64,000 nucleotides of DNA from IMG/VR virus record IMGVR_UViG_3300027776_000009. The stretch is one strand, 5' to 3'. The translations under genes were made by a program, and so were the position numbers. Source of the DNA: a virus. Lineage: Duplodnaviria; Caudoviricetes. The number at the start of each line of letters is the position of its first letter. Positions within the stretch are counted from its first letter, which is position 1. Below, in pieces: positions 38,303 to 48,480 of this stretch. Under the pieces are notes generated by a model. The model did no database searches. It was not told the origin of the DNA and saw only the letters and a program-made list of their open reading frames with translations.

Positions 38303-39724
38303 TTAAGAATACTGATTCGGGTGGTTCAACCAGTTTGAAATCGTAGACACGGAGGGGGACGGCATCTGTAGGTACCCTGACAACTTACGCGGGGTGGCCA
38401 AATCAATGGCGTACAGGTGCGGCGATAGACGCTCCAAGCGGAAAGTCATATCCTTGTCCACGCTGAGGAGGAAATTCATTTCATCCCCATCGAAGTCGGC
38501 ATTTGGAGCTTTCAGGGCTAGCGGAGACATTGAGAATGATGGGTCTCTGACATCCGTTTTGATTTTTGGAACCCAAAGCCCCTGTGCTGATCCGCGACCC
38601 AGTGTAGGATTACGCTGAAACATACACGGGAGTCGACCATGGGTTGAGTTTTCGATCAGTCCTCGGAAAAGCTTGTCGATGGTCGCGTCGTAATTGTTGT
38701 TCGCATAGCTCAAGATCTGATAGATCTCTCGCGGCGAGACGTTCATACGCAGCAACCGATTCTTCAAGTGCAAACGCAGGACTTGGACACTCAGTCCCCA
38801 TGGCATATAAAGATCGTCGTACTTGTGGCGTTCACAAATGGAGGTGATGACTGCACGGGCAGAGAAATGGGTTCGGCCGCCGTATATGTGTTTGCGAAAC
38901 GCTCCACCTTTGCCACCCAAGGTGTCCTTGAAGAACCCCTGATAGTAATTACTCAGGGTGCGAATAGCTTTAGCAACACGGGCCTGCTTGTGGTACATGG
39001 TGGGGGGTGAAATAGTGTTGCTCGCTGATACGATCATTCGCAGTGCGTCGATTGCCTTGGTGATGGATGTGTCAAGACAGGCGCGTTTACCTGCTTTCTC
39101 CACCACAAATCCAGATCGGGACGGCATAGGGAGATGGGTGCAGAAGATGTCGTCTCGACACATCTCGATCCAGTCAAAGACGTCTAATCCATCAGGACCT
39201 GAAGGACTATAGAGTCCACATTCGCGCAACGCTGAAATGATGCGATCAAAGTTGGCATGGAAACTATTGATCCCGCGCTGGAATCCGTACTGGTCGATCA
39301 TTTGGAATCGAGGAGGAGCAGGCGTCCGTGGGTTGTAAGAGGGGTCACAGAACCAATAAATGATATCCCAGCCGTCGTATGTAAACTCGCGGCATAAAAT
39401 GTTAAACGCCACCGGATTGATGAGCGTAGTAACACCAGGAGGAGGACGAACCCACAATTGGCTTTCCAGCGGGCGCTCCAATGCTGCTTGAACCTCGGTG
39501 CCGCACTCGTGACAGAAGACGCCTTCATACTGACCACCGACAAGATGCCCTCCGTCACACGATGGAACCGTGCTAAGGCTATCTCCTTCTTGTCGCATCA
39601 TCAACAACGCATTCAGATGCTCTTGCCCTTCCTGGGTCTCAACGTCCAATTCGTTGGCAATGATGGGTGTATTCCGCAACCGGGCAAACTCCTCATCCAA
39701 GTTTACCAGTTCTTCATAGATCAT
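38303..39724 (-). CDS. Non-virion RNA polymerase beta' N-terminal catalytic subunit (phiKZ gp55/56.1-like), uninterrupted
   Basis: NADFDGD, RNPTL, zinc site C..CHEC. Confidence 0.93.
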   Translation of the reverse strand: MIYEELVNLDEEFARLRNTPIIANELDVETQEGQEHLNALLMMRQEGDSLSTVPSCDGGHLVGGQYEGVFCHECGTEVQAALERPLESQLWVRPPPGVTTLINPVAFNILCREFTYDGWDIIYWFCDPSYNPRTPAPPRFQMIDQYGFQRGINSFHANFDRIISALRECGLYSPSGPDGLDVFDWIEMCRDDIFCTHLPMPSRSGFVVEKAGKRACLDTSITKAIDALRMIVSASNTISPPTMYHKQARVAKAIRTLSNYYQGFFKDTLGGKGGAFRKHIYGGRTHFSARAVITSICERHKYDDLYMPWGLSVQVLRLHLKNRLLRMNVSPREIYQILSYANNNYDATIDKLFRGLIENSTHGRLPCMFQRNPTLGRGSAQGLWVPKIKTDVRDPSFSMSPLALKAPNADFDGDEMNFLLSVDKDMTFRLERLSPHLYAIDLATPRKLSGYLQMPSPSVSTISNWLNHPNQYS

Positions 39725-39741
39725 ACTGCCTCCTTATCACT

Positions 39742-39776
39742 AAAGAAAAAATGGGGAGAGCCGAAGCTCTCCCCAT
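39742..39776 (-). terminator. Intrinsic terminator after chimallin
   Basis: ATGGGGAGAGC-TTCG-GCTCTCCCCAT + T run. Confidence 0.8.
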
Positions 39777-39788
39777 CCGGGTCGGGGA

Positions 39789-41630
39789 TTAACGACGTCC
39801 CCAGGTGTCACGACGTCCGCTGACGGAGCTGGTATCGCGCTGGCGGCCGGTGTACAGGCTACCGAGGCGACGAGAATCCACGGCGTAATCTGCCATAGCG
39901 CCGGCACGACGACGACCAGAAGTGGCCATGTCTTGCGGCATGTCCGTCCAGGTGATGGCGTGCTCAGTGCGCTGGAAGGCTTCCTCCAGACCGACGATCA
40001 GGGCTTCGTCGAAGGTGTAGCGACGAGCGTAACCCTTGAAGACGATGTCCGGACGAACAGCCAGTTGCAGCTCTTCACGACGCGCCACGCGCAGTGCCAG
40101 ATCCGAGTTGGTCGACCAGGTCGCATCGAAATCTTCGACAGCCGCCATATCGTCGGCGCCGCAGATGTTCAGGAACGCCAGATAATTCAGGCGACGGATG
40201 TCGACGCGCTGACCTTCGCGATTGGTCATATAGCCCAGGCTGATACGCTCGAAGCGCTCACGGATCAGCGGACCCCCGTTGTAGCACTCGCTGAACGCGC
40301 CATCGGTCAGGAAGTCTGCGGCGTCAATGATGACTTGTTCAGCCTTCGTGTTCCGCTTGGCGGCGGCTTCGAAGACACCGGTCAGCATGGACAGCGGACC
40401 AATTTCATCGATATCGATCGAGAAGATCGGATCGCGGCGGATGGCAAACTCCACCATGTCGGAGAAATCCTTCATGGAGAAGCTGTTGGACGTGAAGTCC
40501 GGAACCCGCTTGGGAACATCGTCGTTGTTGGTCAAGCCCGGGCAATCGAAACCGATCGCTGAGAGATCGCGCAGGTTGTCCTGCGCGGCCACACGAGGAC
40601 GATACGCCATCGGCCAGACGTTACCCTTGGCCAAGGCCACCATGCCGTGAATACCCAACAGGATCATGCCAACAGACGGCATGCCCAGACGGGTTTCCAC
40701 ATTGGTCATGATGATTTCCGGAGTCTCGCACTGAGTCTCTTGGATTTCACCACGTCCTGCGGGGCGAGCCGGTTCGTAGATCAGGTTCATCATGGTGTCA
40801 ACCAGGACGATATCACGCTGACCTGTGACACCCATGCCGCGCTGACCATCGTTGGGAGAGGCACCCGAGATCAGAACACTGATGTCGGAAGCAATCGGGA
40901 GGCCGGCAGGGGTTTCGGGTTGCGACGGGGAGATGTTGAAGCGGCCCAGCAAACGATCGTTGGTTTGCAGTTCGCGCACCGAGAACATTTCCTGCGGTTG
41001 ACCAGCCACGCGATCGGCCACGGCTTTGATGGCGATAGCGGCGAAATACATCAGGACCTTGATCTGCTCCTTGTCGTCCGGGGACATTTCGCGACTGATG
41101 ATGTTTTGACCGGCTTCGTACACGTTACTGACCAAGTGCTGGCCGGCGGTGATGTCGTGCACGCGATTCCAATACCAGTCGTCGTACACATCGCTGGTCA
41201 CCAGACGGATCTCGACGCTGCGGCCGTTGATGGTTTCGGTACGCGGGAGCAGTTCGCCGTCGATGGAGTTTTCCACCAGCAGCGTGTGGACCACGGCGCT
41301 GTTGCTGCCGTCCTTTTCAGTGGTCTCGGCAGAAACCAAGATGGCCGAGCAGGCGGCACCGCTGGAGTTCTTGTCCAGCACTGTGAAGCGGTACTGCCCA
41401 ACTTTGTCGCCACAGGCTTCCTTGAGGGCGGTCACGATCTTGGTGATGCCTTCGCCGGCACCGCGGCGATCAAAGGGGGTCGCCATGCGTTCGGACAGGC
41501 CGGTGAATCCGCCGGGAGCGCGACGCGATTCGCTGGGGTTGTCTTGACGGCCGGCGCTGTTGTCCAGATCTTCGGTTTGGGTTTGCGGTGCAGCAGCGCG
41601 ACTGCCGCGATTTCCACGAGTGGCACTCAT
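39789..41630 (-). CDS. chmA: Chimallin, phage nucleus shell protein (phiKZ gp54-like)
   Basis: ~613 aa, immediately upstream of nvRNAP beta'; disordered termini; LRDLSAIG, ISLGY, GYARRYTF; strong codon bias, own terminator. Confidence 0.85.
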   Translation of the reverse strand: MSATRGNRGSRAAAPQTQTEDLDNSAGRQDNPSESRRAPGGFTGLSERMATPFDRRGAGEGITKIVTALKEACGDKVGQYRFTVLDKNSSGAACSAILVSAETTEKDGSNSAVVHTLLVENSIDGELLPRTETINGRSVEIRLVTSDVYDDWYWNRVHDITAGQHLVSNVYEAGQNIISREMSPDDKEQIKVLMYFAAIAIKAVADRVAGQPQEMFSVRELQTNDRLLGRFNISPSQPETPAGLPIASDISVLISGASPNDGQRGMGVTGQRDIVLVDTMMNLIYEPARPAGRGEIQETQCETPEIIMTNVETRLGMPSVGMILLGIHGMVALAKGNVWPMAYRPRVAAQDNLRDLSAIGFDCPGLTNNDDVPKRVPDFTSNSFSMKDFSDMVEFAIRRDPIFSIDIDEIGPLSMLTGVFEAAAKRNTKAEQVIIDAADFLTDGAFSECYNGGPLIRERFERISLGYMTNREGQRVDIRRLNYLAFLNICGADDMAAVEDFDATWSTNSDLALRVARREELQLAVRPDIVFKGYARRYTFDEALIVGLEEAFQRTEHAITWTDMPQDMATSGRRRAGAMADYAVDSRRLGSLYTGRQRDTSSVSGRRDTWGRR

Positions 41631-41680
41631 GTTTTTCTCTCCGGTTATGAATGATGACACGTCATGATCATGTCACTAAA

Positions 41681-41692
41681 ATAGTGTGTATG
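41681..41692 (-). promoter_or_regulatory. Putative early promoter for chimallin
   Basis: CATACACACTAT, variant of recurrent motif. Confidence 0.45.
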
Positions 41693-41818
41693 TTTTTCCA
41701 TTTGGAATAGGTTTACACATACACCCAAGGTTGCGCCAGATAAATCCGGCGGAGCACTGGCTCTACATAATGTAGTATTGCTGTCATTTTTAACAGCAAG
41801 ACTCTTATGGTGCCAGAA

Positions 41819-42484
41819 TCAGTTAGCCAGAATGGTTTCAATGTTGTCGAGCACCAACTTCGACCAGTTCTCGAACTCCTGTCTTGGGGTTCTGGCTGGC
41901 TCAAGGAGGGTGAGTTCACTGACTTCGTCGGCGTTATTTGGAAGAAAGATATCAGACATCCCCGTGACGCGATAGACAAACCCCAGATGGACTTCACCAA
42001 CGGCGTTACTGTTATCGATCAGAAGACCGGTAAAGTGGGACCTCGGTAACAACGGGGTATCGCCAGTGTTGAGTTCTTCTTGGAGTTCGCGGTACAGACA
42101 GTTGCTCATGATAACCGCTGCGCTCAGCTTATCACCGGTCGCGATATCGCGTGTGTCCGCTGCATCTACATGACCGCCAAAACCCACCGACCGAGCTCCG
42201 CGCAGACGCTCTTCACCGCGTTGCTTGTCCGGTCGGCGATATCCAACAATGTTGCTGAAATCGTCAACAATAACTCCATACGGAATCAGTTGCCAGTAAG
42301 TGGGATCTTTCTCCATCTCGGACCGCTCTTTGATTTCCATGTTCTCCGTGAGGAACTTATCGATTTCAGCACGATGATACGCTGAGACAGGAACGTATCC
42401 CATGGGGTGAGTCGCTTCGAGTCCTAGCGTGATCAGTTTCTGAATCATGCTGTATTTGTCAACCACAACGATGGGTTGTGACAT
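41819..42484 (-). CDS. NUDIX-family phosphoesterase (COG4112-like)
   Basis: EKDPTYWQLIPY, GEERL, SVGFGGH, RELQEE, VGEVHLG. Confidence 0.8.
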   Translation of the reverse strand: MSQPIVVVDKYSMIQKLITLGLEATHPMGYVPVSAYHRAEIDKFLTENMEIKERSEMEKDPTYWQLIPYGVIVDDFSNIVGYRRPDKQRGEERLRGARSVGFGGHVDAADTRDIATGDKLSAAVIMSNCLYRELQEELNTGDTPLLPRSHFTGLLIDNSNAVGEVHLGFVYRVTGMSDIFLPNNADEVSELTLLEPARTPRQEFENWSKLVLDNIETILAN

Positions 42485-42554
42485 GTTTTCTCTCCTGGGT
42501 TAAAAACTGGCTGCCGTTATTATGTAGGCCATTGAAAAACGACGGAGATCCGCC

Positions 42555-43664
42555 GTGTACGATCTATTTCAAGACACGTTACCCTTGCGTCGTGTCTACC
42601 CGCATTCGCCATTATTCGAAAGAGTTCGTGACCCGCTCCGTCGCGATCTGGAGACCATTGTTAACCACCACCGGCAGAAAGAGGGATGGGTCCAAAACCA
42701 ACATCCCCTCATGAGGTTACTGGGAAGCATCCCGGTTTCCTTCAAACGCGATCCGCAGAACTACGTGGACGCTGTTCGTGATGTGGGATTACGCACCGCA
42801 GGAATGGTAGGGATGACTACCAGCGTTTCCTTTGGACGAATATGGTCACCCGGTCCGTTCTATGGTTCAAAATCCAAAGAGGTCCTCATTGCTCACGGTG
42901 AAGAGTTTGATGTTGATGCGGCTGGAAAAGACTGGAAGAATCTTCAACCTATTCAGGTTATGCGTCACCCGTATTCGGATCTCTCGATAGCTCGACCCGA
43001 TGGACAGTATCTCCCCGGAAGTCTTCCGGGAATATCTGTCATCAGCATCAATGTTCCTATGCTGGCTTTTCAGTATCGATGCTGGTGCGAGGACGCAACG
43101 GTATCTCAATATGACCAGAAAACCTACGTGGCAACCAGTCACTTCATGTACGCATACCCTATCACGAATATGGTATATAGCCATTTAGACGTGGCTTTGT
43201 TTAACCGTATGGCTATCACGTTATTTAGTGATGGTCAGTTGGGTCGATGGGTGAGAGCTCATCCGGTTTACGGGACAGATCGATCCTCCTGGGTGGATAC
43301 CGCGATTACCCAAACCCTAACGGGGGTTAGTCGTGCTTACTTGAGCTTTGATCAGCTTCTGGATAGTTTGCCGCTGATTACCGCGCCTAACCTAAGACAT
43401 CTACTGATGGTTCCAGACACGGCACCCACACGGCAAGTTTCTTGGGCGCTTATCCTAGCACTGCTTCCTTACATCCGTTTCTTGGTTCGAAGTAATCTCG
43501 GTGGGAGGAGCGGTCCTAATACGGCTTACCTCAATCGCATATGGATTTGGTTACGCCGGATTAAAAATGATCGCTTATTGGAAAATCGTTTACCTCCCGA
43601 GATTTATCGAGAGGTGCGAGAGATGATCGAGCGAGAGATAGTGCTTTACATTCCGGGGGCGTAA
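42555..43664 (+). CDS. Virion structural protein (phiKZ gp52-like)
   Basis: 369 aa, VQNQHPLMRLL, INVPMLAFQY; convergent with PolB. Confidence 0.7.
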   Translation: MYDLFQDTLPLRRVYPHSPLFERVRDPLRRDLETIVNHHRQKEGWVQNQHPLMRLLGSIPVSFKRDPQNYVDAVRDVGLRTAGMVGMTTSVSFGRIWSPGPFYGSKSKEVLIAHGEEFDVDAAGKDWKNLQPIQVMRHPYSDLSIARPDGQYLPGSLPGISVISINVPMLAFQYRCWCEDATVSQYDQKTYVATSHFMYAYPITNMVYSHLDVALFNRMAITLFSDGQLGRWVRAHPVYGTDRSSWVDTAITQTLTGVSRAYLSFDQLLDSLPLITAPNLRHLLMVPDTAPTRQVSWALILALLPYIRFLVRSNLGGRSGPNTAYLNRIWIWLRRIKNDRLLENRLPPEIYREVREMIEREIVLYIPGA

Positions 43665-43672
43665 GCCTCCGG

Positions 43673-45826
43673 TTATGCCGCATGACCATAGGTTCGGAAG
43701 GTGTCTGAGATCATGCGGCGATACTTGTCATCCTCGCAATAGAGGCCGAGTGATGCCATCACTAGATAGAAGGGGCGTGTGATCCCCATGGCGGCCTTGC
43801 GATAATGCATGGCGTCACACATCGGAGTCGGCACCCCTCGTGCCTCGATGACTGTCTGCGGGACGTAGAACGTTTCGATGGACGTCTTACCCGACTTGAC
43901 AAGCCACTTACGAAAACGGTCTGCGAGGTCTTTGTCTTGCAAGTCCTCCACCCATTCACGGAGACGCGTTCGGTTCGGAAGTTCGACAGAAACCTTAGTG
44001 GCGTAATAGGGCAGAGGGGGGGCTTCACCGTAGCTTGGACCAAAGACTTCGTTCCAGAACAAATGGTTCTTGTAGAGATTGGCTTCTTCTTCGTCCGCAT
44101 AAGAACTGCTGTCCTTAATCTGTACAGCTCGCATGTACCGAGTTTCTCCTTTCTCCATACTGGTCACAATGTCTTGCTCCAGCTCAACTACCGGTGTCAA
44201 GATTTCTTGTGAACTGAAGCGCTTATTATCCATGATGCCTTCCAAGATCCATCGAATGTACTTGTGCAGTTTCTTGGTGACAATAGGAGGGGCGCTGGAG
44301 TCACGCAAGTGAACACCTTTGATTTCCAGTTCCAGTTCTGGGAGTACGTTTCCTTCCTGGATAGAACGAAGGGCGTAATAGTGTTTAGCCACTGGCGTTA
44401 AGGAATACACCGGGAAGAAGTATTCGTTCTTCATGGAGATACGGTGCATGTGACGCTTGACAATACCCAAATTAGCTGACATGAGTCCCAGTTTGTGTCG
44501 CACTGTTTGAGATGCCAAGAACGTAGTGGCATACGCAGTGCGATACCCTTCAATGCTAAAGTCTTCTGACCCCGTCATCCAATCTGCCCAATACTGATTT
44601 GTAAAGATCGTAGAGTCCGTATCCGAAGTCATCACCACTTCACGAATGATGGTGGGTAGAATCGCAATAGATGTCGGAAGGGTGGTGGGTCTGAAAACCC
44701 CTTTGATGAGTGTTTGGAAATCATCAATGGTGTTGGCGATGTTCTGGATAGTACCACCTAGTAACCCGTAGAGTTCCGGATTTTTGGTTTCCAGATCCTC
44801 CAATTGAATCCCTTGGATTCGATCAGACAGCAGCATCATGGCAAGGGTGAGTGCATCGCCTTTATGTTCCTTGATCAATGCCTCGGTGTTATTCACCGGA
44901 ATCGCAGCGGGTGTGGATAACGCTGATAGGAAGTCTCTAACCACCTGAGGATTGTGTTCCTTCAGGTGATACATGTCGCCAATATACACAAAGGCAGCAC
45001 GCTGCACACCAGTCATCCGGTCCGCATGTTCTCGGAAATGATCCATGTATTTGTCTCCCCGGAAGTAATACCGGGAAGACCTGCGAATACACGCCACGAC
45101 GTCATCCGGCGTGGGGAGATACAGGTTGTACTTGTCGATAGCGGCATGAAGTGCGTCGAAATCCGTGTAGACGGACGCGTTAATCATGCATGCTGTTACT
45201 ACCGCTGGACACCAGAAATGTCGATTCCCCGCCAGAAGCATTTCATTGTTTGCATTGGCATAGCTAGATGAGGTACGGCAGGTGCTGGTTAATGTTGGGT
45301 GTGACGACTTGTTAGCCAACGGTGTTGAGTCGTTTGCATGTGCCCCTGATAGGGAGTTGTTCAGAATCTTGACGGATTCTTGGAGTCCATCGTAATAGTT
45401 GGCGCGGGCGGCATCCTTAGCCATCTTGTACTTGAACTTGAGTTTCTTGAGTGTCCCGCGTCGATCCATATTACCTTGGGCAAACACGGCCAGTAGAGAT
45501 TCCTTCACGTCAGGACTAAGGTATCCTGTCAAGGAGGGTGAAAGAATGATCTTCTTCTCAAGAATCTTGGCGTGGTATTCCCGAAACGGGATGTCTTTCT
45601 TTTCACGGTCTCCGTTCTTACCGCGAACCAACGCACACACGCGACGTTCTTTCAATAGCTGCTGTTGACCGTTCAGACCATAGACACGGTCGTGTACGAA
45701 ACGATGTGCGGTCTCGTAGGGGATGTTTCTGAGTTGATGCAGGTACGTTGCGGATTGTTCGATACTCGCTGAAAGAATATCTACTTTTCGGTCATACGCT
45801 GCGTCGGGGTATATGAAGTGCGACAT
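43673..45826 (-). CDS. Split DNA polymerase B, palm/thumb subunit (phiKZ gp50-like)
   Basis: Motif B KILNNSLSG, motif C SDTDS, KHY, EIKGV; GAGG RBS before MSHFIY. Confidence 0.9.
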   Translation of the reverse strand: MSHFIYPDAAYDRKVDILSASIEQSATYLHQLRNIPYETAHRFVHDRVYGLNGQQQLLKERRVCALVRGKNGDREKKDIPFREYHAKILEKKIILSPSLTGYLSPDVKESLLAVFAQGNMDRRGTLKKLKFKYKMAKDAARANYYDGLQESVKILNNSLSGAHANDSTPLANKSSHPTLTSTCRTSSSYANANNEMLLAGNRHFWCPAVVTACMINASVYTDFDALHAAIDKYNLYLPTPDDVVACIRRSSRYYFRGDKYMDHFREHADRMTGVQRAAFVYIGDMYHLKEHNPQVVRDFLSALSTPAAIPVNNTEALIKEHKGDALTLAMMLLSDRIQGIQLEDLETKNPELYGLLGGTIQNIANTIDDFQTLIKGVFRPTTLPTSIAILPTIIREVVMTSDTDSTIFTNQYWADWMTGSEDFSIEGYRTAYATTFLASQTVRHKLGLMSANLGIVKRHMHRISMKNEYFFPVYSLTPVAKHYYALRSIQEGNVLPELELEIKGVHLRDSSAPPIVTKKLHKYIRWILEGIMDNKRFSSQEILTPVVELEQDIVTSMEKGETRYMRAVQIKDSSSYADEEEANLYKNHLFWNEVFGPSYGEAPPLPYYATKVSVELPNRTRLREWVEDLQDKDLADRFRKWLVKSGKTSIETFYVPQTVIEARGVPTPMCDAMHYRKAAMGITRPFYLVMASLGLYCEDDKYRRMISDTFRTYGHAA

Positions 45827-46124
45827 GATAAAGTCCTCGCTTACATCAGATAACTCAGTCTGTGAAAAAAAAAAGAGACGGCATAAACTCCCCACGGGCG
45901 TGGGGAGAATGGGGAGTTTATACCGGCAGCTTGACGGCGGCGGATCTGTGTAAAAAAGAGCCGGAGTGGATAACGCCGCGGGAGAGGGCACCGCATCACC
46001 ACACCTCCGGCTTAAGCTCGCTCATTTCAAGCGTGGCTGCCTAATGTGACACTTGGAGAATAGCGTCACATATACATACGGCGTATGTTAGAGAGCTGAC
46101 TCCCTCGATGGAGACTATCGCGTT

Positions 46125-46580
46125 TCAGGACGGCTCGTTCCATGAGGGAGTAGTGATGTGAAAGTTACCGATTCCAATCGATAACAGCGCGTTCCGAATC
46201 CGAGGAATGTCACCCAAGGTGATGTTATCCACATGAACGGTACAGGTGGCGGTAGTGACTTCCACGACAGAGTTGGTATCCAGCCATAGCCATCCCAAGG
46301 TATCCACCCGCCCGTCTTCGTATTGGATCTTGATATAGTGATAATCGTTGGATTCCGGTGGGAACGTCGGATCGATAGCGTGGATGGTGGGGTAAATATT
46401 GAGATGCGTGGAGGTAACATCGCGGTAATTCAAGGCAGTATCGCGATCCAAAATCGCTAGCACCTTGACACGATTGAAATTGGTTCCCAGCAAACTGGGC
46501 GCACGGGTGGTAAAGCTGATGACCTTACCGATCAAATCAAACGTCAGGTTCATGGTATCCTCAGTCAATGTGAATGACAA
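46125..46580 (-). CDS. Conserved small beta-rich protein (phiKZ gp49-like)
   Basis: LLGTNFNRVKVLAILD, HLNIYPTI, LGWLWL; start probably 46553. Confidence 0.65.
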   Translation of the reverse strand: MSFTLTEDTMNLTFDLIGKVISFTTRAPSLLGTNFNRVKVLAILDRDTALNYRDVTSTHLNIYPTIHAIDPTFPPESNDYHYIKIQYEDGRVDTLGWLWLDTNSVVEVTTATCTVHVDNITLGDIPRIRNALLSIGIGNFHITTPSWNEPS

Positions 46581-46863
46581 CGGTGCCTAGGGTGTCCACC
46601 ATCCGGAACCGGATAGGGGTGTGTGGGTTGACGGCGCGGGTTAGCACACGCCGTGCTCGCTGAACGAGATAGATGAGACTTTCCCCAACAACGCCTCGGA
46701 GATCACTATTGTCACCACCGGCCAGCAGCAGCAATTCATTAACAATCTCTAGACAGGTCAGTGTAATCCGAATATCGGTTGGAGGAGTTTCTGGGGAATG
46801 CTCATACCGGACAGCATCCAGCAGCTCGATCAGTGTTTCAGATTCGAGGATAATTATTGTCAT
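46561..46863 (-). CDS. Hypothetical protein, small-ORF array
   Basis: Overlapping chain; start at MTIIILE. Confidence 0.6.
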   Translation of the reverse strand: MTIIILESETLIELLDAVRYEHSPETPPTDIRITLTCLEIVNELLLLAGGDNSDLRGVVGESLIYLVQRARRVLTRAVNPHTPIRFRMVDTLGTVVIHID

Positions 46864-47251
46864 CTTGCATGAGCTCCAATATGCTGACGCTCTGTTTGGG
46901 TGATTCAATCCGAGCCATCATAATGTCATCACCAGATAGTCGCTCAAAGCGGTAGTCTAATCGGGTTTCACCAGGCCAGCGATACAAACGGTACTCATGA
47001 AATAGTTCATGGAGCTGTGCCGTGAGTTCTTCCAACCCCACCAAGAAGATGGTTGTAGCGTCTGTATCCCCCAAGTAATTCCGGATGCGATCCAGATCAA
47101 TTCGCGAGGGTGGGCTGGTGCGACACGCAGTGCATGCAACTCCCACATAGTGTTCGAACGATTCGCCGTCAAGATTGTCCAGACTGGTATACAGTTGGTA
47201 GAAACGCTGTATCAATTCCTCGGTTGGGAGGAGATGCGTTACACGACTCAT
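46838..47251 (-). CDS. Hypothetical protein, small-ORF array
   Basis: GGAG RBS before MSRVTHL. Confidence 0.6.
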   Translation of the reverse strand: MSRVTHLLPTEELIQRFYQLYTSLDNLDGESFEHYVGVACTACRTSPPSRIDLDRIRNYLGDTDATTIFLVGLEELTAQLHELFHEYRLYRWPGETRLDYRFERLSGDDIMMARIESPKQSVSILELMQDDNNYPRI

Positions 47252-47624
47252 GGTGGTCTCCATCTACATCATGAAGGGTTACAATGAACGTGTCATCGTA
47301 GAAACCCGATACATTGTAATTAAACTCTGAGTGACCCGAGAGGCTTCGTCGATGCATGGGATCGATCGTTATTGCACGTATCAGTTCATCGACGATGCGG
47401 TACATTTCAGACATCACCTCACAGTCATGATTCTTCGCGGCGTAGGAAATACGCTCACAGAGTAGCTCTTCAACCGCTAAGATATCTGACTCGGGATCCA
47501 GCTTGCGCTTAAACGCGCAGTCTAAGAGTTCCTCAAACTCCAAGTCATTTAGCCGGAGGTTGAGGAAGTTCCCTATTCGACGATGGAGCCAGGCTGGAAT
47601 ATCAATAGAAACAAGCAGGCGCAT
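47169..47624 (-). CDS. Hypothetical protein, small-ORF array
   Basis: GGAGAG RBS before MRLLVSID. Confidence 0.6.
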   Translation of the reverse strand: MRLLVSIDIPAWLHRRIGNFLNLRLNDLEFEELLDCAFKRKLDPESDILAVEELLCERISYAAKNHDCEVMSEMYRIVDELIRAITIDPMHRRSLSGHSEFNYNVSGFYDDTFIVTLHDVDGDHHESCNASPPNRGIDTAFLPTVYQSGQS

Positions 47625-48018
47625 GACTTCTCTCCACGAAGAAACAGACACTGTCTTCATCCAGACTGATGAAACTGTACGCCCAGCGCGGTAACTCTCC
47701 GCTAGGTACCAGATAATCTGTGAAATGATCGGTGAGGCGTACAATAGCCAGTTCTACCTCGTTCCAGAACCAGTTCTGGATACCGCCGACATCCTCCTCC
47801 ATGATCTGATGATCCTCCAAAATCCGGTACGGACCGGCGTGGAACTCAAGTGACAGCATATTGATCAGTTCCTCACTTTCGTAGGAACTGATCAAGGCGT
47901 TTCGGAGAGCTCTAGAGATGAAGACAACAATGTCGTGGGCTTCACCATGAACGTTTAGCAACTCCATGGTCTGGCTAAACCACGATCGATGGTACGGAAG
48001 TGGGAAGTAAACGTACAT
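47602..48018 (-). CDS. Hypothetical protein, small-ORF array
   Basis: AGGAGG RBS. Confidence 0.65.
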   Translation of the reverse strand: MYVYFPLPYHRSWFSQTMELLNVHGEAHDIVVFISRALRNALISSYESEELINMLSLEFHAGPYRILEDHQIMEEDVGGIQNWFWNEVELAIVRLTDHFTDYLVPSGELPRWAYSFISLDEDSVCFFVERSHAPACFY

Positions 48019-48027
48019 AGCAGCCTC

Positions 48028-48480
48028 CTAAAAAGGTAGGTAATCGTACGTGATAAAGAGTATCAGATCTTCATCCGGAGTGGTATCGATGTCCATCACA
48101 TTGATAGACAGATAGGGGATCTTTATCGTCCCCTCAATCTGATGGAGTTTATCAATCACGGTGTAGAGCTCGTCCTCAAAAGCATCATAGCCAACGGTCA
48201 GTAAACTGATCCATGTATCCATGGCTTCTTCTTCGGATACACTCAGGTTGACCTTCTTGAGGAGCGTGGTAAGCGTTTCTCGGTTGATAGACATGGCGAT
48301 GTCTTCCGGGGTAAGGGCTCGATTTTGCAAATACCCCCGGTTAACTAGCAACATGAGTTCTTCGAAGAAAGCCCTTTCCCCGTGCAGTGTTTCCAGAAAT
48401 CGAATGCCATGGTTTCCCGTGATTCGAAAAAACTTCTCGGCCGATAGATACACGCGAGTGCGTTTACCCTCATTACTCAT
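48028..48480 (-). CDS. Hypothetical protein, small-ORF array
   Basis: GGAGAG RBS before MSNEGK. Confidence 0.6.
   Translation of the reverse strand: MSNEGKRTRVYLSAEKFFRITGNHGIRFLETLHGERAFFEELMLLVNRGYLQNRALTPEDIAMSINRETLTTLLKKVNLSVSEEEAMDTWISLLTVGYDAFEDELYTVIDKLHQIEGTIKIPYLSINVMDIDTTPDEDLILFITYDYLPF

Noticed and set aside
39933-41654. Long antisense ORFs opposite chimallin (also 50673..52074, 1069..1866, 60673..61833, 29502..30431)
   Set aside because: Shadows of strong codon bias in highly expressed genes; no RBS or protein-like composition
45827-45991. 55-aa N-terminal extension of PolB from the ORF track
   Set aside because: Runs through hairpins and an A tract; RBS-supported ATG is at 45826
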